Assembly: GCA_009103225.1 (NCBI GenBank)
Contig: RHPI01003369.1
Span: 851,490 to 915,489 of the forward strand
DNA: 64,000 bases
DNA from: Chlorokybus atmophyticus
Lineage: Eukaryota > Plantae > Mesostigma and Chlorokybus algae
Direction of reading: 5' to 3'
A model generated the notes under the pieces. That model was not told the DNA's origin. It saw only the letters and a program-made list of their open reading frames with translations, and did not search any database. Position 1 is the stretch's first letter. Every line of letters begins with the position of its first letter. Below are positions 36,180 through 46,676 of this stretch, in pieces. The position numbers were made by a program, and so were the translations under genes.

Positions 36180-37382
36180 TTACCGTTTGCGTGTGGACAC
36201 AATACTCCAGTACCCCCGAAGAATCTCCTCGCAATTGGTAAGATTCTTTTTGGGCTCCCATGTATTGTGCTCAACACCATACCCTTTCCATTTCACCAAG
36301 TAAGACGACGCGCGTCCGCGTCGAGGCTTACGATGACTCAGGATTGCTTCCACCTCATACTCGAAAGTATCGTCGCCATCCACTGCAACGGGGGGTGGAG
36401 GAGGTTGAACCCGACCGTCAGAACGGTACGGTTTCAGTACACTCACATGAAACACATTGTGAATGCGTATCGATTTTGACAAGTCCAATCGATACGCGTG
36501 AGTGCCGACCCGATCAATCACTTTAAACGGGCCTATCCAGCGAGGGAAAAACTTGCGAATACCCACTCCCTTGATGGATATGTTTTTGGTGCTGAGAAGC
36601 ACCGAACAGCCCACATCGCAGTTGGCCTCTCTACGATGCGCATCAGCATGGGCTTTTTGTCTGTCTTGCGCTGCGCGCAAACAGTCCTTTGCCAACGCTA
36701 ACCTATCCTGCATGGCCGAAGCCATCTCGCGTGCTGCAGGTACGCGAGTTATGTTGGTGGCGGGCAACTTAATGTTCAAAGGACTCAGTGGATGCACTCC
36801 ATAATTCAAAAAAAACGGAGTTTCCTGCACACTCTCTTGCCATGCATCGTTAATCGCGAACTCAACCATTGGGAGATAAACATCCCAATCCCATTGGTTC
36901 GGATTCACATAATGCCGGATGGTTTCTTCAATCACTTGATTGGCGCGCTCTGTCTGACCATCCGTCTGTGGATGGTAAGCTGTGCTTATGTTTTGTTGAA
37001 TATGTAAGAAGCTGCATAACGACTTCCAAAACTAAGCTACAAATCGCGGATCGCGATCAGACACGAAGTTACGAGGCAACCCATATAACTTAAACACAGA
37101 GGCGACAAAAATCATCGCTAACTCATGGGAGCCTATTTCCGTGCGGCAAGGGACAATGTGAACCATTTTTGTTAAACGGTCCACAAAAACTTCAACCGCA
37201 GTGTGCCCTGATGCTGTCTCCGGGAGCTCAGTAATTAGGTCCATACTCACACTTTCCCACTTGCCATCAGGAACAGGCAAAGGTCGCAGCAACCCAGCGG
37301 GTTTCTGACGTAACGGCTTGTAACGCTGACATTTGTCACACGTGTCAACATAATGCTTCACGTCAACAGGCACGATGGCCAC
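36180..37382 (-). pseudogene. Integrase core plus group I chromodomain (chromovirus pol)
   Basis: [51 protein letters not shown]...YLVKWKGY...NTWEP..NL; interrupted by stops. Confidence 0.93.
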
Positions 37383-38052
37383 CAGTACTGTTGCGCTGCC
37401 TTAGTAGTCCTGCGACCCACAAAGTGCCCAGTATACGATGGATCGTGTACTTCATCTATGCATTTTATGCGCAACCCAGCATGGTCGGGTTTCACCAAGC
37501 TGGCGCTCATATAATACAAGTTGTCTCTGTTGTCAAGCTTTTGTACATGCTTTTGTATAGAGAACCATGGGTCTAATGCATACCCCTGTAAAACAGCTTG
37601 CACAAACTCATCACTAGGAGGCAATGTACCCTGCGTTGCACGCAACTGCGCACGCATAACTGCCAATAATAACGGACAGCGACTTAAAGGATCTGCCACG
37701 TTGGTTCTGCCCGGCCGGTATACCCATTCAAAGGTAAACCGCGACAGGAACTCATTCCAGCAAGCTTGCCTACGCGACAAGTTAAGCTGTGTTGTAAAGT
37801 ACACCAACGGGTTGTGATCAGTCACCACTGTGAACTGAACTCCCTTAGGTCCATACTCACACTTTCCCACTTGTTATTAGGAACAGGCAAAGGTCGCAGC
37901 AACCCACCGGGTTTCTGACGTAACGGCTTGTCACGCTGACAATTGTCACACGTGCCAACATAATGCTTCACGTCAACAGGCAACGATGGCCACCAGTACA
38001 ACTGGTGCGCTGCCTTAGTATATACTGGGCACTTTGCGGGTCGCAGGCCAAG

Positions 38053-39560
38053 TCAGTATGGTGGATCGTGTACTTTAGCTATGCATTTCATGCGCAACCC
38101 AGCATGGTCAGGTTTCACCAAGCTGGCGCTCATATAATACGAGTTGTCTCTGTTGTCAAGCTTTTGTACATGCTCTTGTATAGAGAACCATGGGTCTAAT
38201 GCATACCCCTGTAAAACAGCTTGCACAAACTCATCACTAGGAGGCAATGTACCCTGCGTTGCACGCAACTGCGCACGCATAACTGCCAACAATAACGGAC
38301 AGCGACTTAAAGGATCTGCCACGTTGGTTCTGCCCGGCCGGTATACCCATTCGAAGGTAAACCGCGACAGGAACTCATTCCAGCGAGCTTGCCTACGCGA
38401 CAAGTTTAGCTGTGTTGAGAAGTACACCAACGGGTTGTGATCAGTCACCACTGTGAACTGAACTCCCTCCAAGTAACATCGCCATGTTTCAAGAGCATGC
38501 ACTATACCAAGCAATTCCTGGTAGTGTAGTTCACCTTTGCTAGGATGAATTTCCTACTCTCATAAGCACATGGTCGGCCATCCTGTGAGCAATACTGCAC
38601 CGTGGTGACCACACCCAGGGGTGGAGGCATCGCTAATCACAGTGAAGTGTTTATCCCAATTTGGCAATGCCAATACTGGTGCCAAAGTCAAAGCCAGCTT
38701 CACTTGTTGCATAGCAGCTTCTTGTGCTGCTGTGCAAGAGAACTGGGCATCCTTTCGCAACAGTTTGTCAAAGGCACCACTACTGTGGAGTACCCCATCA
38801 TAAACTTGCGAAAGTAGTTTGCCAATCCCAAGAATGATCGTTGCTGATGGATATTCCTAGGTTCAGGCCAATCCTTTACAACTTGCGGGGGTCAGGTTTC
38901 ACACCTGCACCGCTCACAATGTGCCCCAAGAATGGCAACTCCGTCTTGCAGAAGTCACACTTCGCAAGATTGGCAAACAAGCGATGTGTACGCAGCAAGG
39001 CAAACTCCGCTTCCAAGTGCTGCTTATGCTCTTTTTTGGTTTTACCAAAGACAATGATGTCATCCAAGTAAACCATAACATACTTGCTAAGTATGCCACC
39101 GAAATTCTTATTCATTCCCGTCTAAAACACTGCGAGCGCATTAGTCAATCCAAAAGGTAACACTTTGTATTGATAATGGCCCGAAGGTGTTCTGAATGCT
39201 GTCTTGTAAACATCCGGATGAAGGATGAATCCGGATTTGATGATACCCATTTGTCAAGTCTAACATATTAAAGTACGCATTTCCCGACAGTTTATCCAAC
39301 ACATCAATATGGGCAACGGCTATCGATTCTTTACCGTGATCTTGTTAAAAGCACGGTAATCCACACACATGCGTAGCTTTCCATTCTTTTTCATCACAAA
39401 CAAGATGGGCGCGCCAAAGGGTGAAGAACTCGGTTCAATCAACCCCTTTTTCAATAACTCGTTGATTTGAGTTTCCATTTCCCGCCTCTCTCAGGGGCTT
39501 AGCCTATATATAGGCCGAAACGGAGGCTCACTATTAGGAATGAGTGGTATTGTGTGTCCG
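38053..39560 (-). pseudogene. Reverse transcriptase and RNase H (chromovirus pol)
   Basis: [71 protein letters not shown]; in-frame stops and frameshifts. Confidence 0.93.
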
Positions 39561-39975
39561 ACACCTCGATCAGGAGGTAAGCCTGGCAACTCATCTGAGA
39601 ACACATCTTGATATTTCTCAATGATGTCTGCAACACCTTCTGTATTTCCCGGCACAAAGTTGTCCGACGACGTCAAGTGTACCAGAAAAGCCGGTGTGTT
39701 TTTGCGCAACGCACGTTTCCCTTGCAGTGCAGTGAGTAACGCAGGGTCGGGCTGCTTGTGGTTTAAGCTATGTGACCCTTTCACAGACAATGTTACACGC
39801 TTACGACCAGTCTTTGCTATGCACAAGCGTGCGCCAGTATCCAATGTCATTTTTACATTCTCCTACCATTCCTGTCCTAATACCACATCAACACCTGATA
39901 TGTCGATGGATACCACTATGAAAGTAAGAGTGGCATGATAATTACCAATCTTTATTGTCATTGTTATTTCCCCTT

Positions 39976-40551
39976 TCACTGGCAACGCACCCCTGCACCG
40001 GCAGCTGAAAATGCAGAGGGTCTACGCGCTATTTTGTTGCGCACAACCCATTGTTTCTCAACGAGATTGTGTGTTGCACCAGTGTCATTCAAGAACGAAC
40101 TGTTTACACCTTGCATTGTGCCATTAAATGTCCACAACAGAGCTACTACCCGTCCTTGAAATGTAGCCAAGAGTCCGTAACAAATGCGAGGGTTGAGTAA
40201 AATTGCTGACAATCGCACTGTCCCTGTTTCACGCTTGCTAAATCGCTTCAACACAGTTCCCCCTCGAGTGTGTTTCAACCATGGGCCATGATATGTAGGC
40301 ACCATCACTACCATACTTAAGGTTTTGTGCTTACTTTGCAACTCGGTCAAAGTGTGCAACGCATCGGTAAGCATGTTAAACTCCACATGTACAAACACAC
40401 AAGCATTCTCTTCCACCTTTTCAACGTCAAAAAGTGGTAACTTGCTATGTGCTTGCCATGCATGTGTCATTACATGCACTTGGAACAGCTCATCAAACCA
40501 GTTTGCTACTAGTACAAGCAACTGGTTATCAACCAGTTCTACATCAACCAC
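39976..40551 (-). CDS. pol N-terminus: degenerate Dam-like methyltransferase segment followed by aspartic protease
   Basis: DTGATHNLV protease motif at ~40060-40086, preceded by a ~110-aa segment with SKLPLF / VFVHVEFNML / VVMVP / PW. Confidence 0.7.
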   Translation of the reverse strand: MVDVELVDNQLLVLVANWFDELFQVHVMTHAWQAHSKLPLFDVEKVEENACVFVHVEFNMLTDALHTLTELQSKHKTLSMVVMVPTYHGPWLKHTRGGTVLKRFSKRETGTVRLSAILLNPRICYGLLATFQGRVVALLWTFNGTMQGVNSSFLNDTGATHNLVEKQWVVRNKIARRPSAFSAAGAGVRCQ

Positions 40552-40566
40552 GGCGTAATATTAATC

Positions 40567-41526
40567 CTATTCAACCTTCTTGGCATTGCCCTTCCCCTTG
40601 GTTGGGCAGTTCTTTGCGATGTGGCCAGGCTGATGACAGACGTAACAGGTGCGAGCCGCAGCAGGCATGGCACCATCAGCAGGTGCGCTACTGGTAGAAG
40701 CACCAAATGTCTTCGCCTTCTTTGCCAGGTGTGCACTCGGATGAGAGAAACGCTTTCCTCCCACCCCCGGCGGCTTGGCCGAAACTGCCACATGTGACTT
40801 GTCCTGCACCGTCGTGTCATCATTATACAGGTACACGCTCAGCTTTTGCAGGTTGGCCAAGTCCTCTGAAACCCAAGGAAGTCCCGTTGCCGTGTTGTAC
40901 TGCAGCTGATCACGCACACGCGCATCCAAGCCGCGCTTGTACAACTCAAACTGCTCGGCCTTGTCCATGGGCATCAGGCCGCTGTTTGCACGACCCACCA
41001 ATGCCTGAAACTCCTGCAGATAGGTTGAGGCCGCCTGACCACTCGGGCGCAACTTGCTGAGCTTGTTGCGAGCCTGAGTAGCCGAGTCCATGCCACCATA
41101 GCGTTCCATCAGGAACTGAAAAAGTGCCTCCACTGTCTTGGCAGCACCATCTTCTGTCTGCCTCGCCCATTCGGCGAGAGCACCAAATGGCATGAGCAAC
41201 TCAGCAACAGCAATGTGCTCATTGTCCGGGCGCTTGAGTGCCGTCAAGTAGTGCTCGACAGTGACCACCCTGTCGTGAATGCTGACGCTGCCGTTAGGCT
41301 TGAACTTCGCAAGCTTGTTCAGCGCTGTCACCGGCAGACCTGCTGAAGTAGCACCCGCTACCAGTTGTCGCAGCGCCACCAACTCAGACTGCATAGCATC
41401 GAGGCGTGCCGTCAACTGCACTCGGCCAGTCAACTTGTCTTCCAAGTTAGGTCCCAAGTACCAGAACACATCCTTGCAACGCTGTGAGGTTTTCACTCCC
41501 AAGTTGGCCAAAGCCTCAAACGCCAT
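40567..41526 (-). CDS. Retrotransposon Gag with CCHC zinc knuckle
   Basis: CYVCHQPGHIAKNC knuckle and a helical capsid-like region. The in-frame upstream ORF 41527-41916 is separated by a single TGA, so the original gag was probably longer. Confidence 0.88.
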   Translation of the reverse strand: MAFEALANLGVKTSQRCKDVFWYLGPNLEDKLTGRVQLTARLDAMQSELVALRQLVAGATSAGLPVTALNKLAKFKPNGSVSIHDRVVTVEHYLTALKRPDNEHIAVAELLMPFGALAEWARQTEDGAAKTVEALFQFLMERYGGMDSATQARNKLSKLRPSGQAASTYLQEFQALVGRANSGLMPMDKAEQFELYKRGLDARVRDQLQYNTATGLPWVSEDLANLQKLSVYLYNDDTTVQDKSHVAVSAKPPGVGGKRFSHPSAHLAKKAKTFGASTSSAPADGAMPAAARTCYVCHQPGHIAKNCPTKGKGNAKKVE

Positions 41527-42817
41527 TCACTTGCCTTGGTAAGGGAGAGGCTTATCATATACGGTCATGATAGCAGCCACCTTTGGATCACCTCGCACGA
41601 GTGGCGGGATGTTGTTCGTCAGCTCATGTTCGAGCATGCGGATCACCATCTCCTTGCTTGCACGAGGGAGTGTGGCAAAGTCTGTCTCATAGCCATCACA
41701 AACCGTCTGCGCCCATGCATCCCACGTTTCCTTGACGAAGCTGAGGGTGGGCAGCAAGTAGAGTTTTGCGCTTTGAGGCATACTTCTCAATGGCCCCGCC
41801 AATGACACTCTGTGTGTCCACTGCAGCTGGTCCACTTTGAGAAGACTGGTTGGGAGAAGCTTCGCTGTCTTGCTTAGCTCCTTCCTTATCACTGTCAGTA
41901 AGCTTATAGCTTTCACTCGTGTTAGAGTAGTTCACTTCCTCTTCACTCGATGGCTCATATGATGTGGACTTCTCCACATCATCCCCTCCTTGGTCAGACA
42001 TCTGCCCAAGAATACAAGCCGTCAATAGTAGAAGTGTGCAAGTGCACAAAACACACAAGTTGTGCACTGCAAAAGTGTCAAAACCTATAGATTTTGTCTC
42101 GTCAAGTTTTAAGTGCTTAACGTGGAGTATGCAGCTCAAACAAGAGCTCTCCACACACCTTTGAGCTAGACACTCATTTTAAAACAAACCGCACGCAAAT
42201 CCACGCGGCGGTTCACAAGTTACAACTTGTCAAAGTTTTCACTTTGTACAGCTCAACCCACAATTGTAATTGACGCACAGGGTGCCAAAATCTCGTTGAA
42301 TCAACCCTATAGGCTGATATTAGCGAGTTGTGAGTTTGATATCGGCCGCACTGAGTGACTCTGGCGGCCTCACCGCATTGACTGGCGGTAACGGCAGCCG
42401 ATGTTGCCACCGGACTGCCTCGCAAGGGTTGGTTTTGTGAATACAATTTCACACCCTTCACACCACCACGAATCTACGTGGTGGCAAGCGCACAAGCACA
42501 GTAATGTTATCACAATAATGTAATTACAAGTGATGTGCTGGGCATGCAATGCTTGGGGGGCAGCCTAAGTGGCCGCCTTCCCTTCACGCAAGCTAACAAG
42601 CCTGGCTAGGCAAGGCAGGGCAAGGCAAGCAAATTAGGCTAAGCTAGGCTAAGCACCAGCAGCAACTATAACTACTATAACAACAACAACAACAACAACA
42701 ACAACTAGCTAACAACCGCCACTACCCACCCTAGTGGGTAGCGGCTGCTAGTTGCCGCTTGCCGCCGCAGTCGCTGCCGCCTGCCGCCGCCCCTCCCACA
42801 GGCCCCTCGCCGCCCGC

Positions 42818-42829
42818 GCTCCAATACCA
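42818..42829 (-). promoter_or_regulatory. Primer-binding site, tRNA-iMet-like
   Basis: TGGTATTGGAGC one nt after the 5' LTR (canonical TGGTATCAGAGC). Confidence 0.8.
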
Positions 42830-42830
42830 A

Positions 42831-43168
42831 TGTCAGGAGAGGGGGTGCTCCCTCCTCCCTTTAATCCCCTACCCCAACACCACCACCAGCCACGTCGCCC
42901 ACGCCGCCGCCGCCAGGGGCAACTGCCGAAGCAGAAGATTCCCTGGCTATGGCGGCCGCTGCGTTAGCAGCGCCGCCATGCGGCTGATATCAACATGAGA
43001 GTCATATTCAATGTCGACATCAGTGTTACAGATAAGTAACAATACATTAGGGCCTTAACATAGGTTAACGGCCCTAATAGGGCTTAATAGGTTGTATAAT
43101 CCCGTTGGGACGCTTATTAAATCTTAAATAAGGGCGGGGAACCTCTATGGAGGTAGCACACCGTTACA
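42831..43168 (-). repeat. 5' LTR of the chromovirus (338 bp)
   Basis: Direct repeat of 35722-36057; followed on the - strand by the PBS. Confidence 0.95.
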
Positions 43169-43555
43169 CACGTTATATGTTGACACTCACACAGTTAGCA
43201 CAGGGTGTTAGCATTCCACTTTTGGACTTGCTGATCTTCCAGCATCCTACTGCTGAGCTTGCTACCAGAGTGTACAACAAACTCAACACCGCTCCATTCC
43301 GACACATACCCCGGAGAAAGACACCACACCCCGGCAGTAACATAGCCAAGACAGCCAAGTTGGGGGTAGTGGTTTCGCAGTATGTAGGTTCACGCGCATT
43401 TGCACCTTGCGTGAGCGCTTTGTCATGGCCATGGTGTAGTTGCTGACAGACGTGCAGGCTGATGGTTACTCCATGTGCGCGATGTTGGCAAAGCTAAGGG
43501 CCAAGATGTACACTGCACATGGAGGCATCTACGACACCACACACCAATGACTATA

Positions 43556-44563
43556 TGTCACAGCCCACTCGACCACAAAAGACTTGGTGCTTTTATGGTC
43601 GATTTGTGGTGATTTAATGTACCTTCCCGTTACATTCCCCCCCACTTAAGAACGCTGACGTCCTCGGCAGCTGGCGCCCATCAGCTGGGGAACCCTCCCA
43701 GNNNNNNNNNNNNNNNNNNNNNNNNNNNNNNNNNNNNNNNNNNNNNNNNNNNNNNNNNNNNNNNNNNNNNNNNNNNNNNNNNNNNNNNNNNNNNNNGCGC
43801 GCATAGCCCGCCGCTGCCGGCCCCACAGGTCGCGTCGCCGCGATAGGCAGGTCGCGCCCTGCCGCGCCGACTGAACTGGTCAGTTCGGCGCGACTGCCAT
43901 TAGGCAAGTCGCGACCCATCGATGATGGCACTCATAAAGTGACCATTTACGATGTTATTGGATCGTAAAACAACAACCGCGGAATCCGTGTGCAAGGCAA
44001 GAATCGAACCCGAGTCTCAAGCTCCGATGACCAATGTCACAGCCCACTCGACCACAAAAGACTTGATGCTTTTATGGTCGATTTGTGGTATTTTGCTGTG
44101 CCTTCCCGTTACATTCCCCCCCACTTAAGAACGCTGACGTCCTCGGCAGCTGCCCGCTCAGCTGGGGAATTACCCAAGGGGTTTGTTAGGGTCGGTCACC
44201 GGCCCCACAGCCAAAGGACCGGCCAATTTAGGCCCATACCGGTCAGCGCGCGCATAGCCCGCCGCTGCCGGCCCCACAGGTCGCGTCGCCGCGATAGGCA
44301 GGTCGCGCTCTGCCGCGCCGACTGAACTGGTCAGTTCGGCGCGACTGCCATTAGGCAAGTCGCGACCCATCGATGATGGCACTCATAAAGTGACCATTTA
44401 CGATGTTATTGGATCGTAAAACAACAACCGCGGAATCCGTGTGCAAGGCAGGAATCGAACCCGGGTCTCAAGCTCCGATACCAATGTCACAGCCCACTCG
44501 ACCACAAAAGACTTGGTGCTTTTATGGTCGATTTGTGGTATTTTAATGTGCCTTCCCGTTACA
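43556..44563 (-). mobile_element. Tandem-array TRIM (non-autonomous miniature LTR retrotransposon): three 79-bp LTRs, two internal units
   Basis: LTRs 43556-43634, 44035-44113 and 44485-44563 (TGTCA...CCGTTACA); TSD CTATA (43551-43555, 44564-44568); PBS TGGTATCGGAGC (44472-44483); PPT beside the LTRs; no ORF. Unit 1 contains an N gap (43702-43796). Confidence 0.93.
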
Positions 44564-45309
44564 CTATACCTCCAAATCCAAATAGCACGCCAGTGCCAGG
44601 TGGCGGTGTAGGTGAGTGAGGTGAGTTGTGGTTTGTGGTTGGTTGTTCAGGGTGCGGGGAGCAGCTGTAGCTGCCCGCACTTGTACTCTGTTGGCACACA
44701 AGACAATGCACTGCCATTAACATGATGTGCATGCAGTGCATTCGGTGTATAATTGTCAGCCACACTACCTGCATGCTACCATTCACGCTAACTTGTAGCC
44801 ACCATGTCCTGAGTCGCGCGTGCTTGATCAAACACCATTCCCATCGGCTCCTACACCTAGCATGGGTTGCACGACAACCCTCAACCCCAATCCCCTCCAA
44901 ACAAAGCACCGGTCTTCCAAAGACTGCATAGGACCTGCTCCTTGGGCGCCGCCGCCATTGCTAGCGGCCATTTGCACAGCAATGCAAGCATCCCCGCCCT
45001 CCGCCCTCGCCTAACCTGCTTGCTGCTGCTGCTGCGCTCGGTCCATTGACTGTCTGCTCAACCTGCCAAGCCTCCTTCCTGTCCGTTACCACTTGTTGCA
45101 CAGGTCCTTACATAAACCTTTGCCTGCCTGCCTGATTGCTACCCGACCCCCGCCCCGTCGCATAGCACTTAGCTAGTACACATATCTAGGTGCATAACCC
45201 TTGTAATGGATGAGCCCTACATGTGCCTGTGCTCTGCGCTTGTGTGCATGCGTGTGCATGTGCCACTTGCCTGCTACCAGAAAGTCTATACTTTATGTGA
45301 CATATAGTG

Positions 45310-45480
45310 TATATACGTATAGTATATGCGTATATTGCATACATATTTATTCACACATGTGTACTTATGTTTATGTACACACACACACACATATATGTAT
45401 ATATATACATACATATATATATATACATATATATATACATATAATAACCATTATGTTATATGCATATGCATATATGTATG
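45310..45480. repeat. TA/CA-rich low-complexity tract
   Basis: Interleaved (TA)n, (CA)n and TACATA units. Confidence 0.85.
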
Positions 45481-46676
45481 TGTACGTAAGTATGTGTTTG
45501 CACATGCATGTTCGTGCACATAGTCTATATGTTGTATACACAAACTTGTATGATACAAGTTTGTGTATACAACAATACACGCATAAACAATGCACTTTAC
45601 TTTGTTACCACTTTGTATTCATATAAGGCAGTTATTAAGGGTGCTAACATCGAGTGTGATAATGCTTGAATAGCAGAGTGATTTTCTCGGTGCACATTGG
45701 TTCCCCAAAAATGTGCTTGGATCGAGGTTGTGCTTGGAAAGAGTGAGATTACAACGAGGTTGGACTGTGCATTTAATGCTCTTACAACGAAGTGATTATA
45801 TCACCACACCTAGCAAATAACGCGATGCACGGAATTGTCATATAAGATGTTCACTTTACAACGTAAGTCACTGATGGGCCAGTTACACTCAGTGCCTGCA
45901 AACAACTGACAGCTCTTTGATAGAGTTGAGTGTGACTGGCAGCCACACACACTCAAACGTGACATCTGTATTGCACATCATAATGTATGTAATATTTTTA
46001 CGTCAACTAGTATGTGACATGTTGCGGGTGTAAAGTAGTAAAGCAATATTAAGTATATACTGCAATAAGGGCGAATGATATCATCGTCACCGTAAGAAGT
46101 AAGCATCAGAACACTCTGTCCTCAAACAAAACCTAAGATGTGGACACATGTCCACTGCTCATCTTCTTGAATATTGTTACTAACATCCGCAACCCCCAAT
46201 ACGTACAAACCACACATGCACATATGCATATGTGTGACTGACTCTTTGATTGGATGATATCTACCATCTCATTCCCGCACCGCATTTTACTGTTGCCTAG
46301 AGTGCAATGAACCTCTTGCCTCTTCAACAACCGAACATTCTACCAGTTGGATCACAATGGACACAATTGTTCATTGTAGGGGAGAGAGCTGTGTGTTCGT
46401 TTTGGCATGCAGTTGTGCGTGCGTATGTGCTAGTGCATGTGTGCGTGTGTTGGTGTCAGCGCACATCGCGACTTCATGCAGAGGTACAATGCAACATTAC
46501 CATCTTGTTGTGCCCTCCCTAGGAGTCTTGTGGAGGGCACAACAAAAGGCACGACAAGCCAACGATAAGAGTTAGTGAATAATCGACCGTCACCAATCTT
46601 AAAACGTATGCACAATACACAGCTAGCTGCGTTTCTGACCCAATTCAAGCGCAAGTACTATATTCATGTTATCCCT

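Larger units (their letters stand above)
35722..43168 (-). mobile_element. Full-length but decayed Ty3/Gypsy chromovirus LTR retrotransposon
   Basis: Two LTRs (TG...CA), 5-bp TSD CACGT (35717-35721 and 43169-43173), PBS, PPT, and gag-PR-RT-RH-IN-chromodomain order with stops and frameshifts. Confidence 0.96.
35400..44610 (+). pseudogene. Decayed Penelope-like element RT fragment, split by two LTR insertions (pieces ~35400-35721, 43174-43555, 44569-~44610)
   Basis: Removing the Gypsy element and one TSD restores the frame ...RFAHHVVQYVDDLCVV...GNIYPR|YMLTLTQLAQGVSIPLLDLLIF...TRVYNKL...HP...GVVVSQY, then (frameshift) RFTRICT...F...GY. This is the YxDD / IYP / FLDL / T..Y.K / R..RIC..GY signature of Penelope-type RTs. 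Confidence 0.75.

Noticed and set aside
40552-40569. Programmed stop readthrough between gag and pol
   Set aside because: gag and pol are in frame but two stops intervene (TAG GAT TAA), and the element is decayed, so the mechanism cannot be inferred from this copy
43556-44563. CRISPR-like array or a true tRNA gene
   Set aside because: The repeats are LTRs with PBS, PPT and TSD and near-identical internal units; no acceptor or anticodon stems form a full cloverleaf
45210-45626. Tyr/Ile/His-rich ORFs
   Set aside because: Translations of TA/CA microsatellite sequence
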